From assembly GCA_963750295.1 (NCBI GenBank), contig CAVVPY010000001.1, positions 1,542,782-1,574,781 on the forward strand: DNA of 32,000 nt. The letters are read 5' to 3'. The notes beneath the pieces were generated by a model. That model was given only the letters and a program-made list of their open reading frames with translations. It did not search any database and was not told the origin of the DNA. Positions 1 through 10,109 of this stretch are shown piece after piece. Origin of the DNA: an uncultured Actinomycetota bacterium. Its GTDB lineage: Bacteria > Actinomycetota > Actinomycetes > Mycobacteriales > Jatrophihabitantaceae. A program made the translations under genes and the position numbers. The first letter of the stretch is position 1. Each line of letters begins with the position of its first letter.

Positions 1-630
1 GACGGAGTTTTCAGCACCTACCGCACCGACAGCGACGTCAGCAGGCTCGGTCGCGGCGAAGGATCACTCGCCGATCTTGACCCTGACATCGCGGTGGTGC
101 TCGAACTCTGCGCCGAAGTGCAGGCTGAGACCGCCGGCTGCTTCAGTGCCACCGCTGGCGGCGTCTTCGATCCCACTGGGCTGGTCAAGGGATGGGCCAT
201 CGAGCGTGCCAGCGCGTTGCTGCGCGACCGCGGCGCGCTGAACCATGCCGTGAACGGTGGCGGTGATGCCCAGCTCGCCGGATCGGCCGGCCCCGGGCGG
301 CCGTGGACCGTCGGCGTCGTCGACCCGTGCGACGGTTCGCGAGTCCTGACCACGCTGGCCGGCGTCGACTTCGCGATCGCAACGTCCGGGACGGCCGAGC
401 GCGGCGTCCACATCATCGACCCGCACACGGCGCTACCGGCGACCGCACTGGCGAGCGCAACCGTCGTCGGACCCTCGCTCACCTACGCCGACGCGTACGC
501 GACCGCCGCATTCGTCATGGGCACGGGCGCGTCACGCTGGATGGACGGCATCGATCACTACGCCGTGCTGCTCATCGATCCGGCCGGCCACTCGTCGGCC
601 AGCACCGCCTGGCCGGGTGCTCGGCAATGA
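1..630 (+). CDS. ApbE-family FAD:protein FMN transferase, 5' truncated by window edge
   Basis: Frame 1 is open from base 1 (DGVFSTYRTDSDVSRLGRG...) to the stop at 628-630; DPTGLVKGWAIERA and NHAVNGGGDAQLAG match ApbE motifs. Confidence 0.85.
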   Translation, partial: DGVFSTYRTDSDVSRLGRGEGSLADLDPDIAVVLELCAEVQAETAGCFSATAGGVFDPTGLVKGWAIERASALLRDRGALNHAVNGGGDAQLAGSAGPGRPWTVGVVDPCDGSRVLTTLAGVDFAIATSGTAERGVHIIDPHTALPATALASATVVGPSLTYADAYATAAFVMGTGASRWMDGIDHYAVLLIDPAGHSSASTAWPGARQ

Positions 631-1664
631 CGCTGGTGAAGGCAACGACGGGGTCGCGACCACAGCTCGCCGTGCTGGCCGTCCTTGTGGCCGCCGCCGC
701 CGCGATCGTGCCCACGTGGGCGACCACCGACCTGCCGGCGGACACAGCGTCAGCGTTGGCCGGACTCTGGGTGCGGATGGCTGCCCTGACGTGGCTGACG
801 GTGGCATGCCTCGTCGCCACCGCGGTACTGCACTGTGCGGCCGCCGCAACCGCCACCCGCTTGGCCGCCGGGGTGCGGCTGCCGTTCGGGGAAATGGTCG
901 CCGTCCAACTCGCAGCGTCGACCGCGAACCGCCTGACCCCCGCCGGCCTCGGCGGGGCCATCGTCACCGGCCGATACTTCAGCCGACGCGGACGACTGCA
1001 GGTAGTGCAGGCCGTCGCCGCAGTGTCGACGCTGACATTGCTCGGCAGCGTCGCAGACGTGCTCGCGTTCGCCGGCATCATTGGGCTAGGCACGCTTGCC
1101 GGACTGGCCGGCGCCAGCGGTGAGCTACCGCTGCTGGCCAGCAAGCTCGGCGGCGTCCTACCGGTCCCCGCCGGCTGGTGGCTGTGGGGCGCGGCCGGGG
1201 CGGGTGCCCTGGTCGTCGCCGCGGCGGCCACGCCCCGTTGCCGCAACAGCGAGCGGGTGGGTCGCATCGCCGGCGCGATGCGCACCTATCGCACCAGCGT
1301 CGGAGCGCTGGCGCGTCGGCCGCGCCGGCTCCTGGCGCTGTTGGGAGCCTCGGCCGCGACCACGCTGTCGCTGGCCGCCGGCTTCGCTGCGGTGGCCACG
1401 CTCGGTGCCGCCGGGTTGCCGGCGCGAGGCTTCTGCGCCCTGATGATCGGCTACATGATCGCGGCGGCGGCGGGGAACGCACTGCCCACCCCGGGTGGCA
1501 TCGGCACGACCGACGCGGCCCTGGTAGGAGTCCTTGTCGCGGCTCGAATGCCCGCAACGAACGCGATCGCCGTCGTCATCTCGTTCCGGCTGATCACCTT
1601 CTGGGCTCCCGCAGTGATCGGCCTGGGCGCAGCCCGGACGCTCCGGCGACGCGGCGCACTGTGA
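627..1664 (+). CDS. Lysylphosphatidylglycerol synthase transmembrane-like (UPF0104-type) integral membrane protein
   Basis: ATG at 627 overlaps the upstream TGA (ATGA). Multiple hydrophobic segments and NRLTPAGLGGAIVTGRYF / GNALPTPGGIGTTDAALVGVL, typical of the family. Confidence 0.75.
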   Translation: MTLVKATTGSRPQLAVLAVLVAAAAAIVPTWATTDLPADTASALAGLWVRMAALTWLTVACLVATAVLHCAAAATATRLAAGVRLPFGEMVAVQLAASTANRLTPAGLGGAIVTGRYFSRRGRLQVVQAVAAVSTLTLLGSVADVLAFAGIIGLGTLAGLAGASGELPLLASKLGGVLPVPAGWWLWGAAGAGALVVAAAATPRCRNSERVGRIAGAMRTYRTSVGALARRPRRLLALLGASAATTLSLAAGFAAVATLGAAGLPARGFCALMIGYMIAAAAGNALPTPGGIGTTDAALVGVLVAARMPATNAIAVVISFRLITFWAPAVIGLGAARTLRRRGAL

Positions 1665-2090
1665 GCGATCGCCGCCCGCATACCGTTCAACCTCACGACA
1701 GGACCACCCGGTATTCGCGCGGGACGCGACCTATTGCCACGCCCAGCGCGGGCCGTCCTTCTCGGCGCAGTTCCGAGACGGCCCCTTCGCGCCCGTGGCC
1801 CACGCAGCTCCCGGGAAGACCAACCGCACGAGGAGCGTTTCGCCTTCCGACCGAAAGGACACGCTGATGTCTCGCTCCCGTCTCCGCTTTCCGAGTACCG
1901 GTTCGGCCCTGATGTTGCTGAGCACCGCCCGCTCGGCCGTGGAACCCGCTGACCAACGGACGCCGGCCGCCCCCGCGACGACCACCGCCGTCTGCCGGTC
2001 GGGACGGTCGTCACCCGCGTCAGGGTCGTGACCACGCCGGCGGCGACCACGAGCGATCCGTTCTCACGAAGCCGAACTGCACCGAGCGCC

Positions 2091-4553
2091 TTACCGCGTG
2101 CCGTGCACGCGGACCTCCCAGACGCCGCGACCGTAGGTGCCGGCGCGGACAAGACTTCCGTCCGGTGCGACGTACAGGTCCGACACGTACGCGTGGGGCA
2201 GGCCTGCGCCGAAGGGCTGCCAGCTCGCCCCACCGTCGGTGGTGCGGAAGACGCCGATCCACGTGCCCGCGTAGACGGTGAGACCGGACGGATCGCTGAG
2301 ATCAGGAGTGAGCTTCACGACGGGCAAGTCAGGCAGCCCGGCTCCGGCCGGATTCCAGGTCAGGCCGCCGTCTGACGAGCGCACCACCCGGACCGCTCCC
2401 TCAGCCTGGTTCTCGGAACCGACGTAGATCACCGAGTCGTGTGCCCAGGCGAGCGTGTAGTTGAAGCCGCCGTAGCCGGGCACGTCGAGCAGGTGCGAGG
2501 TCGACCACGAGGCACCGCCGTCGTGCGTGATGTGGACCAGGCCGCCGTAGTCGCCGACGGCCACACCGTCGATGCTCCGCGGGTCGACCGCGAGATTCAT
2601 CGGCGAGGATCTGGTCACCGGCGGCCCTGATGGGTCAGCGCTGAGGATCGGTGTCCAGGTGATCCCAGCGTCGGTCGTCCGCAGCACCTCGTGCTGGGTG
2701 TAGGTGTAGAACACGCGGCTGTGCGGATCTGCCGCAGCGCTGGCCGCGACGAGCGGCGTGTAGAACCAGGCGTCGTCGTCAAAGTCGCGGGTGAGGTCCC
2801 ATCTGCTCAGCTGGTTCGGGTTCGCGTACGTCGAGCGGAAGATGCCGCCGTCCTCGAACGTGCCCAGGTTGGTGTGGGCGTTCGCCTGCCCGATGGCCGG
2901 CACCATGCCGTCCCCGCCGAGAAGCTCGTTGAACGCGGTGCTGTTTCCCTTGCGCAGCAGCGTGCCGGTGTCCTGAGTGCCGACAAGGATCTTCTGCGGA
3001 TCCGCTGGGCTCGACGCGAGACCGTAGATCGCCGCAGTGGTGATCCCGTCATTGCGATCGAAGTTCCAGCTCGCGCCTCCGTCGGTCGACGTGGCGAGCC
3101 CGCCGTCGTTGCCGACCACGAGCATCGGCTTCGTCCCGGGAACGTAGGTCGCCGTGTGCTCGTCCGCGTGCAGGTACGGCAAGCCGTAGGCAGCGAGCCA
3201 CTGGGTCATCAACCGCCAGCTCGACCCGCCGTCGGTCGTCTTCGCGGTGTAGAGGTCACCACCGATGAACACGGTGTTGCGCGTCGGATCGGTGGGATCG
3301 ACCCAGATCAGCTGGTCGTACCAGGCTTGATAGCTGGCGACCACGACCGTCGGCTCCTCGGGCGTCGGATTCAGCGGAGCAGTGCTCGTCGTGTTCAGCG
3401 CGGTCCAGGTCCACCCGCCGTCGGTGGAGCGGAACACGTCACGCTGGTAGAACTCGTCGGGGTACGCCCAGCCCTGGAAGGCGTAGACGACGCTGTCGCC
3501 CGGCACACCGACCGCGAGCGTTGCCCGTCCGCCGGCCGAGAATCCGACGCCGTCGTGGTCGTCGACAGCCCAGGTGGCACCGTGATCACTCGAGAGGGCA
3601 ACGAACCCGTTGCCGGAGTCGAGCACACCGCCGGTCCCGGCGGAGACAACCCAGCCGGCGCTGGTCCGCGCGATGCTCCACACCGTCGTGCCGAAGAAGA
3701 TCCGGTCGTCGACGGCCGTGGAACCGCCGCCGGTCGACCCGCGTTGGATCGCCCAATACGTCCTTCCGCCATCGGTGGAGCGGAAGAGCCCGTTGTCCGT
3801 CGCGATCATGACGATGTCCTTGCGGGCGGTGGTGTCGACGGCGATGTCGGTGACCATCGTTGCGGCGGGCAACGGGATCGGTCTCGACCAGGTGGCACCG
3901 CCGTCGGTCGACTTGACCATCAACCCGCCCAGCGACGGCCGGTTGTCGAACGGGTCACCGAGACCGAGATAGAGCGTGTCGGGCGACGAGCCGAACGCGA
4001 TCGAGCCCGACGAGACACTGATGAGCCGGTCGGTCAGCGGCGACCAGGACGGATGCGTGGCGTGGAAGTTCGTCGACTTCCACAGCCCACCCGCGCCGTA
4101 CAACACGTACACGACGTTCGAGTCGCGCGGATCGACCAGAATCTTGCGGACGCGACCGTTCTCGTCCGCGTTGAGCTGGATCGGCCCGTCGTAGCCGTCG
4201 ACCCGCTCGTGCAGGACGGTGGTCGGACCGAGCTGTTGCCAGACCGGCGTGCCGACGCGCGGCGTGCCACCCGGAGCCTGGGCGGGGTATCGCGCATCCA
4301 GCCGAGCCGCCTGCGCGGCGACGCGCGCCGTGAGATCGGGTGGCGAGGGGACCTCCTGTGCGGCGCGTGCGGCCCTCAGCCGCGCGAGGGGTCTCGGGCC
4401 GGTTGCACGCGAAGCGGTCCTCGACGGCATGTGCGGCCGCGAGCCCGCGGCCGGGGCCGTCGCGCGAGCGGTCCCACCCGCATATCCAGCCAGAACAGCC
4501 AACAGCGACGCGGCGACGGACCAGCGTCCTGCGCGCCAGGTAGATGTGGCCAT
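2091..4553 (-). CDS. Secreted BNR/Asp-box (sortilin/exo-sialidase-like) repeat protein
   Basis: 820-aa ORF with signal-like N-terminus and about 10 Asp-box motifs (STDGGATW, STDGGWTW, TTDGGSSW, STDGGASW, SSDGGLTW, TTDGGASW). Confidence 0.85.
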   Translation of the reverse strand: MATSTWRAGRWSVAASLLAVLAGYAGGTARATAPAAGSRPHMPSRTASRATGPRPLARLRAARAAQEVPSPPDLTARVAAQAARLDARYPAQAPGGTPRVGTPVWQQLGPTTVLHERVDGYDGPIQLNADENGRVRKILVDPRDSNVVYVLYGAGGLWKSTNFHATHPSWSPLTDRLISVSSGSIAFGSSPDTLYLGLGDPFDNRPSLGGLMVKSTDGGATWSRPIPLPAATMVTDIAVDTTARKDIVMIATDNGLFRSTDGGRTYWAIQRGSTGGGSTAVDDRIFFGTTVWSIARTSAGWVVSAGTGGVLDSGNGFVALSSDHGATWAVDDHDGVGFSAGGRATLAVGVPGDSVVYAFQGWAYPDEFYQRDVFRSTDGGWTWTALNTTSTAPLNPTPEEPTVVVASYQAWYDQLIWVDPTDPTRNTVFIGGDLYTAKTTDGGSSWRLMTQWLAAYGLPYLHADEHTATYVPGTKPMLVVGNDGGLATSTDGGASWNFDRNDGITTAAIYGLASSPADPQKILVGTQDTGTLLRKGNSTAFNELLGGDGMVPAIGQANAHTNLGTFEDGGIFRSTYANPNQLSRWDLTRDFDDDAWFYTPLVAASAAADPHSRVFYTYTQHEVLRTTDAGITWTPILSADPSGPPVTRSSPMNLAVDPRSIDGVAVGDYGGLVHITHDGGASWSTSHLLDVPGYGGFNYTLAWAHDSVIYVGSENQAEGAVRVVRSSDGGLTWNPAGAGLPDLPVVKLTPDLSDPSGLTVYAGTWIGVFRTTDGGASWQPFGAGLPHAYVSDLYVAPDGSLVRAGTYGRGVWEVRVHGTR

Positions 4554-4821
4554 GGTGGCGAGTTATAGGGCATAACCCGTCGCGCCGCATCAGGCAAAGT
4601 AGACGAACTTTCGGCCTAAACCATCGACTCGTCCGGTCAGGTGTGCGATCGCAGCGCGTCCGCGAGCGCGTCGACGGCGGCGGCCGTCAGCCGCTCCAGT
4701 TCAAGACGGAGCGGCGTGGGCCAGGTGGAGTCGCAATACCTACCAGGCGCACCCCGCGGCTGCCTCATTGGTTTCTCCCGGACGACGCGTGGGCCCGCGG
4801 AGATGCACGCCGTGGATGTGA

Positions 4822-5210
4822 TCATCGGTTGCCGTACTCAAAGCCGGCTTTCGCGGTGCGGGGGCCGCCGTCGTCTATCGCGCCTTCGGTGACCTCTGCC
4901 TGGCCTTCGCCGGCACCGAGGCGACCTTCCTGTCGATGGACCCGGAGATACAGAATGCCGACCGGGAGGCCCGGACCGGGGCGTACCTCATGGCCTCACG
5001 CGCCGAGCACCCGAACATCTGGAAGCTGCGCTCGGCATTGCCGAAGGTCCAAGACGACGAGATCTTCGACGCCATGCTTGCCCCCGGTGATGGACGGACT
5101 GATGCTGCGCACGCCCAAGCCATGCGAGTGCGCGAAGCACCGGTGGCGGTGAACCCGCGGACACTGCCGTCGGCTTCGACGAGTTCGAACCGGCCGATGT
5201 GCTCGACGAG
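4822..5210 (+). pseudogene. Remnant of a TetR/AcrR-family regulator C-terminal domain
   Basis: Open frame without a plausible start reads AVLKAGFRGAGAAVVYRAFGDLCLAFAGTEATFLSMDPEIQNADREARTGAYL...; apparent frameshifts then give DGLMLRTPK and GFDEFEPADVLDEP. No DNA-binding domain upstream. Confidence 0.45.
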
Positions 5211-5296
5211 CCATAGACGCGCTGACGCCACGAGCTTGTGCACGATGTTGCCGAAGATCAAGGATGTTCAGCGCGAACACCATCTCGGAGGTCCCT

Positions 5297-5860
5297 GTGC
5301 GCAAGGTTGTTCTGTACACGCTGATGTCGCTCGACGGGGCCGTTGAGGAACCCGACCAGTACTTCATGCAGAGTCACGCCGTGGGTCAGCCGCCCGTATT
5401 CGACGCGGTCATGGATGACAACGAACTGCACATCATCTCGGCGCAAGATGCAGTGATTCTCGGCCGCAACATGTACGAGGAATGGTCGCGGTTCTGGCCC
5501 ACCGTCGATGACCAGCCGTTCGCTGATTTCATCAACCGGGTGAAGAAGTACGTCATCACCTCCAGGCCATTGTCGAACGAGTGGCACAACAGCGAGGCGG
5601 TCGTCCGGCCGGTGGCAGAACTGCTTGGCGACCTCAAGGCCCAACCGGGCGGCGACATCGGCATTCACGGCAGCATTGAGTTGGCACAGTCGCTGTTGGC
5701 GGCTGGACTGGTCGACGAGTTGCAACTGGTCGTGGGTCCGGCCTTTGGACTCCCCGGCCGTCGACTGTTCGCGACATTCGACGCTGTCCATCGCCTCGAA
5801 CTGGTGAGCGCCCGACCGACCCCCAGCGGGAGCGTGCTGCTCGCCTACCGAACTGGCTGA
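5297..5860 (+). CDS. Dihydrofolate reductase / RibD C-terminal domain family protein
   Basis: GTG start preceded by GGAGGT; VVLYTLMSLDGAVEEP, AVILGRNMYEEWSRFWP, IGIHGSIELAQSLLAAGLVDELQLVVGP are characteristic. Confidence 0.85.
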   Translation: MRKVVLYTLMSLDGAVEEPDQYFMQSHAVGQPPVFDAVMDDNELHIISAQDAVILGRNMYEEWSRFWPTVDDQPFADFINRVKKYVITSRPLSNEWHNSEAVVRPVAELLGDLKAQPGGDIGIHGSIELAQSLLAAGLVDELQLVVGPAFGLPGRRLFATFDAVHRLELVSARPTPSGSVLLAYRTG

Positions 5861-6103
5861 GGCGCCGCATCGAGCGGCCCGGATCTGACAGCACCCGTGG
5901 CCGCCGAGACGCAGGCGCCGAGCCGGCCGGCCGGTCTGCCCTACAGGTTGAGCGAGCCAGCGACCAGATCGCTGGATATGTTGACCAACAACACGTTGTG
6001 GCCGAACGCTCGTGCCGGCCATGCGTCCACCCGTCCGCACGTACGACCACCACGGACGCGGCCCGAGCAGTGCTCGGCAGTGCGTCGCAGAAGGGCAGAA
6101 TTG

Positions 6104-7684
6104 ATGGCAAGCACGATCCGGCCGCGTCGTATTTCCCGAGCCGCGACAACCTTGGCCGTCCTGATCCTGCTGCCCGGGCTGCTGGCCACCGGCCCGTCCC
6201 CGGCCGCCGCGGTAACGGCGATCCCGGCGATACCGATCCCCAGCAGCCCCGGTGACTTCTTGCTCAAGCCGTTCACCGGTCATCCGGCGACCGCACACCC
6301 GCTGCCCGCGCAGCCCATTCCGCGCGCGCCGTTCATGGCGCGCAACCAGAACAGCAGCATCCACAACGACGCTTACCAGAGCGACGTCTACGCGCGCTCC
6401 GGTCCGCTCGGCAACCGGCTCACGGTCACCAGCACGCTCTACGCGGCCGAGTGCGCCTCGGTCACCTTCGACACCCAGGGCCGCATCGTCACCGTCTGCC
6501 CGTCGGTGCTGGGCGCGACGCTGCGACTGCTGGACCCCACCACGCTGGCCCAGCTCGCGTCCTACCGGCTGCCGCCGCGCAAGCCGGGCACGTTCAGCTT
6601 CACCAACTTCTCCGGCGGCGGATACTTCTACCTCGACAACGCCGACCGCGCCGTGGTCTCCACGTTCACCGGCCACCTACTGGTGATCGCGGTCGGCGCA
6701 GCGTCCTTCACCCTGGTGCACGACTACGACGTCAGTGCCGCCACCGGCGGGTCGGGCATCGTGTCGGCGCTGCCGGACTGGTCGGGCCGCATCTGGTTCG
6801 TGACCACCTCAGGGGTGGTCGGCTTCGTCGACCCGCACACCGGGGCGGTGCGCAGCCGGCACCTGCCCGCCGGGGAACAGATCGCCAACAGCTTCGCCGT
6901 CGACGAGTCCGGCGGTGTCTTCGTCGTCTCGACCGCGGCGCTCTACCGGTTCGACACCCACGGTGGGCGGGCCGTTGTGACGTGGCGCCAGACCTACAAC
7001 CGCGGTACCCGGGTGAAGCCGGGGCAGGTCAGCCAGGGCAGCGGCACCACACCAACACTGATCGGCTCCGCGTCGGCCCCCGGCGGCGGGTCGATCGCGA
7101 TCACCGACAACGCCGACCCGCGGATGCATGTGCTCGTCTTCCGCCGCGGCAAGGCGGGGCCGGGACGTGCACTGTGCAACCAGCCGGTGTTCCCCGCCGG
7201 TCAGGGCGACGACGAGAACAGTCTCATCGCCGTGCCGGGCGGGCTGATCGCCGAGAACAACTACGGCTACACCGGGCCCATCCAGTTGAAAAGCACGCGC
7301 GGCCCGGACACGGTGCCCGGCGTGGTGAAGGTCGCTGTCGACTACGTCCATGGCGGCTGCCACATCGCCTGGTCGAACACGACCGCGCGGCTCTCCACGG
7401 TGGTCAGCAAGGTCAGCCTCGCCAACGGCCTGCTCTACGGCTACACCCACCCGGCTGCGGACGAACTGCCCTACGCCACCGCCCTACACCCGCCGGCAGC
7501 GCTGGCCCTGGACGCGTGGTTCCTCACTGCGTTCGACGAGCGCACCGGACGCCAGGTCTGGTCAAAGCTAGCCGGCAGCGGGCTGGGCTACAACAACAAC
7601 TACGCACCGGTGAGCATCGGACCGGACGGCACTGCCTACATCGGCACGCTGGGCGGCCTCGTCCGGATTGCCGACAGCACCTGA
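6104..7684 (+). CDS. Secreted PQQ-like/beta-propeller hypothetical protein
   Basis: ORF open from 5897; ATG 6104 gives a clear signal peptide (MASTIRPRRISRAATTLAVLILLPGLLATGPSPAAA). C-terminus LDAWFLTAFDERTGRQVWSKLAGSGLGYNNNYAPVSIGPDGTAYIGTLGGLVRI is propeller-like. Confidence 0.75.
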   Translation: MASTIRPRRISRAATTLAVLILLPGLLATGPSPAAAVTAIPAIPIPSSPGDFLLKPFTGHPATAHPLPAQPIPRAPFMARNQNSSIHNDAYQSDVYARSGPLGNRLTVTSTLYAAECASVTFDTQGRIVTVCPSVLGATLRLLDPTTLAQLASYRLPPRKPGTFSFTNFSGGGYFYLDNADRAVVSTFTGHLLVIAVGAASFTLVHDYDVSAATGGSGIVSALPDWSGRIWFVTTSGVVGFVDPHTGAVRSRHLPAGEQIANSFAVDESGGVFVVSTAALYRFDTHGGRAVVTWRQTYNRGTRVKPGQVSQGSGTTPTLIGSASAPGGGSIAITDNADPRMHVLVFRRGKAGPGRALCNQPVFPAGQGDDENSLIAVPGGLIAENNYGYTGPIQLKSTRGPDTVPGVVKVAVDYVHGGCHIAWSNTTARLSTVVSKVSLANGLLYGYTHPAADELPYATALHPPAALALDAWFLTAFDERTGRQVWSKLAGSGLGYNNNYAPVSIGPDGTAYIGTLGGLVRIADST

Positions 7685-7799
7685 CCGTGCTGCGTCACGC
7701 GTGCGAGGAGTTGCGCGGTGTCGGCTACGAGGTGACGGAGCGGTCGTTCGGGCGGTTTACGCGCAGCGTGGCTCATGCCGATGACGATGCGCGTTCCTG

Positions 7800-8386
7800 T
7801 GCACTGCGCAACGCCGCTCTGAGCCCGTCCAACCGAGAGCCGCCCGCCGTTTCGTCCAGCACGGCGCGTCTTGCCCAAGCCTCCCGCGCCGATCAGGTTG
7901 ACCAGTCGATGCGCGCACAGCAGGCGTGACACCTTGTCGAGGTCATTCGCGCGGCCGACCAGTGTTGTGTGGGCGGGCTGCACGTTCGTGCGCCGCACCG
8001 GGCTGGCACGCGGTGCCTCACGCGGTCCGGCCACGCGCCAGAGCCGGACCGGTTCCAGGACGTCGCGCAACTCGTACAGTCCGAAGTCCTCGGCGTGACC
8101 CGGCGATCCGACAGCGGCCAACGTGTCGCCGCTGACGAACACCTGACCCGCACCGGCCGCCGACGCCACCCGCGCCGCGATGTGCACCGGAACGGCCAGA
8201 TAGTCCCCTTGCAGCGGGCGAGCCGGCCCGGTGTGCAGACCCGCGCGGATGGTGATTGGAGGCGCGCCGTCGATCGTCTGCACCCCGCACTGTGCCTGCA
8301 CCGCTGCTCGAACAGCCGAAGCCGCAGTTCCGAATGCGGCGAACGTGCTGTCCCCCTCGGTGTCGACCACGAACCCGCCTGCGTCT
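7800..8386 (-). pseudogene. Remnant of an adenylate/guanylate cyclase domain plus ATPase regulator
   Basis: GGFVVDTEGDSTFAAFGTAASAVRAAVQAQ...IRAGLHTGPARPLQGDYLAVPVHIAARVASAAGAGQVFVSGDTL matches class III cyclases. The N-terminal catalytic part is missing, and the ATPase part (LVGRANDLDKVSRLL...VNLIGAGGLGKTR) ends soon after the P-loop. Confidence 0.6.
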
Positions 8387-8474
8387 TGCCGCCGTCACCG
8401 AGCCATTCTCTCGGAGTCCGAGCGAACCGGCCTTTCCGTCCCCGGAGCTCTGTAAGCACAGCACCGTCGGGCGA

Positions 8475-8945
8475 TCAGCCGACTTCGGCGAGTCGCTGTC
8501 GGTTGGTCGCGCGGCGGACGGCGCCGGCTGGTCGGCGGGTACCTGGTTTGTAGACCGAGAGGACCACGGACAGCAGTGCCTTCGCGAGCGCGGTCGTGGC
8601 GATCAGACCGACCGTCCACACCTGCACGGTGCCGAGGATCCGGCAGGCCAGATAGAGCCCGACGACGCTCGCCGTCGTCAGCAGGTTCAGCGCGAACTTC
8701 TTGACCACCCAGCCCGTTCTGAGCAGCTGCCACGGTGAGGCAAGCGCGCACAGGACGCCCGCCACGAACGCCGCGCACACGGCGACCGCCAGCACGCCGA
8801 GCAACCGAACGACCATGGGCGCTTGGTCCACCGGAATCGTCAGGCCGGCGGACGTGATCACTGCGAGCAACGCGACCTCGAGCCCGATGCCGGCGGTCGA
8901 GGTGGCCACATGCACGGCGAGCAGGGCGCGGCGCAGGCCGGTCAC
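8475..8945 (-). CDS. Small integral membrane protein (DUF2269-like)
   Basis: 156-aa ORF, GTG start, about four hydrophobic helices. Confidence 0.65.
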   Translation of the reverse strand: MTGLRRALLAVHVATSTAGIGLEVALLAVITSAGLTIPVDQAPMVVRLLGVLAVAVCAAFVAGVLCALASPWQLLRTGWVVKKFALNLLTTASVVGLYLACRILGTVQVWTVGLIATTALAKALLSVVLSVYKPGTRRPAGAVRRATNRQRLAEVG

Positions 8946-8949
8946 GACG

Positions 8950-9576
8950 TCACGATGCGCCGGCCAGGGTGACCGCCGACCGCGTCAGCTGCGGCGTCAC
9001 CGCGTCGTCGAGTACGAACCGGGCGACGTCGTCGACGCAGACCGCGGCATGGTTGACCTCACATCCCGCCTTCGAGATCGCGACCCCACGAACACCGCCG
9101 TCGCGCACGTTGGTGCACCGCACGAGCGTCCAGTCGTCACCGCGCCCGGTGAGCTCGTCCTCCATCCGCTCCATGTCGTTGAGAATGTTGCGCAGCCGCT
9201 TCTGGACTAGGAAGCGGAGCGCGAGCCGGCGCACGATCGAGATGTTGCGACTGATCTCCACCCCGGCGCTGGACAGCGCGACGATGCGAACCCCTGGAGG
9301 GACGGCATCGAGCAGGTTGGCCATGCCGTCGGACCGGACCACGGTGGAACCCGTCCCCCGCGATCCCACCGCGAACACCACGGCGTTCACATCCGCGGGG
9401 ATCTTCCAGGTGCGCTTCTCGTCGAGGACGTCGCCGACGACGACCTGCAAGCCGGGCGCCGCGGCCAGTCGGTGCGGGTCGCGAACGATTGCGGTCACCC
9501 GGTCACCGCGCCGGAGCGCGAGATCCAACACACGACGGCCGATGCGACCGGTCGCTCCCACTATGACGATGTGCAT
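8950..9576 (-). CDS. NAD(P)H-binding NmrA-like / atypical SDR protein
   Basis: MHIVIVGATGRIGRRVLDLALRRGDRVTAIVRDP N-terminus; GGAGGA before the ATG. Confidence 0.85.
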   Translation of the reverse strand: MHIVIVGATGRIGRRVLDLALRRGDRVTAIVRDPHRLAAAPGLQVVVGDVLDEKRTWKIPADVNAVVFAVGSRGTGSTVVRSDGMANLLDAVPPGVRIVALSSAGVEISRNISIVRRLALRFLVQKRLRNILNDMERMEDELTGRGDDWTLVRCTNVRDGGVRGVAISKAGCEVNHAAVCVDDVARFVLDDAVTPQLTRSAVTLAGAS

Positions 9577-9607
9577 GACTGCTCCTCCAGGTTCGGTTCG
9601 AGATCGG

Positions 9608-10078
9608 TCAGAGAGCCGGAGTCAGCGTGGCTGCGATCACCGCGCCGACCGCTGCGATTGCAGCCCATGTACGGACCTCATGGGCAACGTGCCAGTGCAC
9701 CCGCTTGCGGTCCCACCCCTCGGCGGTGCGCCGCGGGCTCCAGCGCTCGATCTGTCGCCAGATGGGCCGGTTGAAGCCTTCGGAGGTGATGCCGACGACC
9801 ACCATGCTCACCGAGGCGAGCACGAACAACACCGTCGCGAGCGGCGTCGAAGCGATCGCTGCGGCCCAGAGGCCGACCCCCGCCGCGATGACGCCGTTCC
9901 ACACCGCGATGGGGTGGAACATGTGCATGTCGATCAATTGGCACGTCGTGACGTAGCGGTTGTAGGGCAGCGAGTCGAGCATCGGGATGATTGACGTCTT
10001 CATGATCCACAGCGTCCCGAGCTGCACGCCGGCAGCGGCGAGCAGGTAGACGGCGAGCACGGTCTGGGCGGTATTCAT
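9608..10078 (-). CDS. DUF1772 / anthrone-oxygenase-like membrane protein
   Basis: 156 aa, hydrophobic helices, NRYVTTCQLIDMHMFHPIAVWNG and GFNRPIWRQIERWSP resemble the DUF1772 family. Confidence 0.6.
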   Translation of the reverse strand: MNTAQTVLAVYLLAAAGVQLGTLWIMKTSIIPMLDSLPYNRYVTTCQLIDMHMFHPIAVWNGVIAAGVGLWAAAIASTPLATVLFVLASVSMVVVGITSEGFNRPIWRQIERWSPRRTAEGWDRKRVHWHVAHEVRTWAAIAAVGAVIAATLTPAL

Positions 10079-10109
10079 GGTGTCCTCCGGAAGCGGATGG
10101 TTTCGGTGG

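Noticed and set aside
1695-2090. Several overlapping short ORFs between the LPG-synthase-like gene and the BNR gene
   Set aside because: No recognisable domain, no consistent start or ribosome-binding site; long open frames on all strands are expected at this GC content.
4637-4825. 62-aa minus-strand ORF (...RLELERLTAAAVDALADALRSHT) beside the TetR remnant
   Set aside because: Helical-looking but with no identifiable family or start signal; could be another remnant but cannot be supported.
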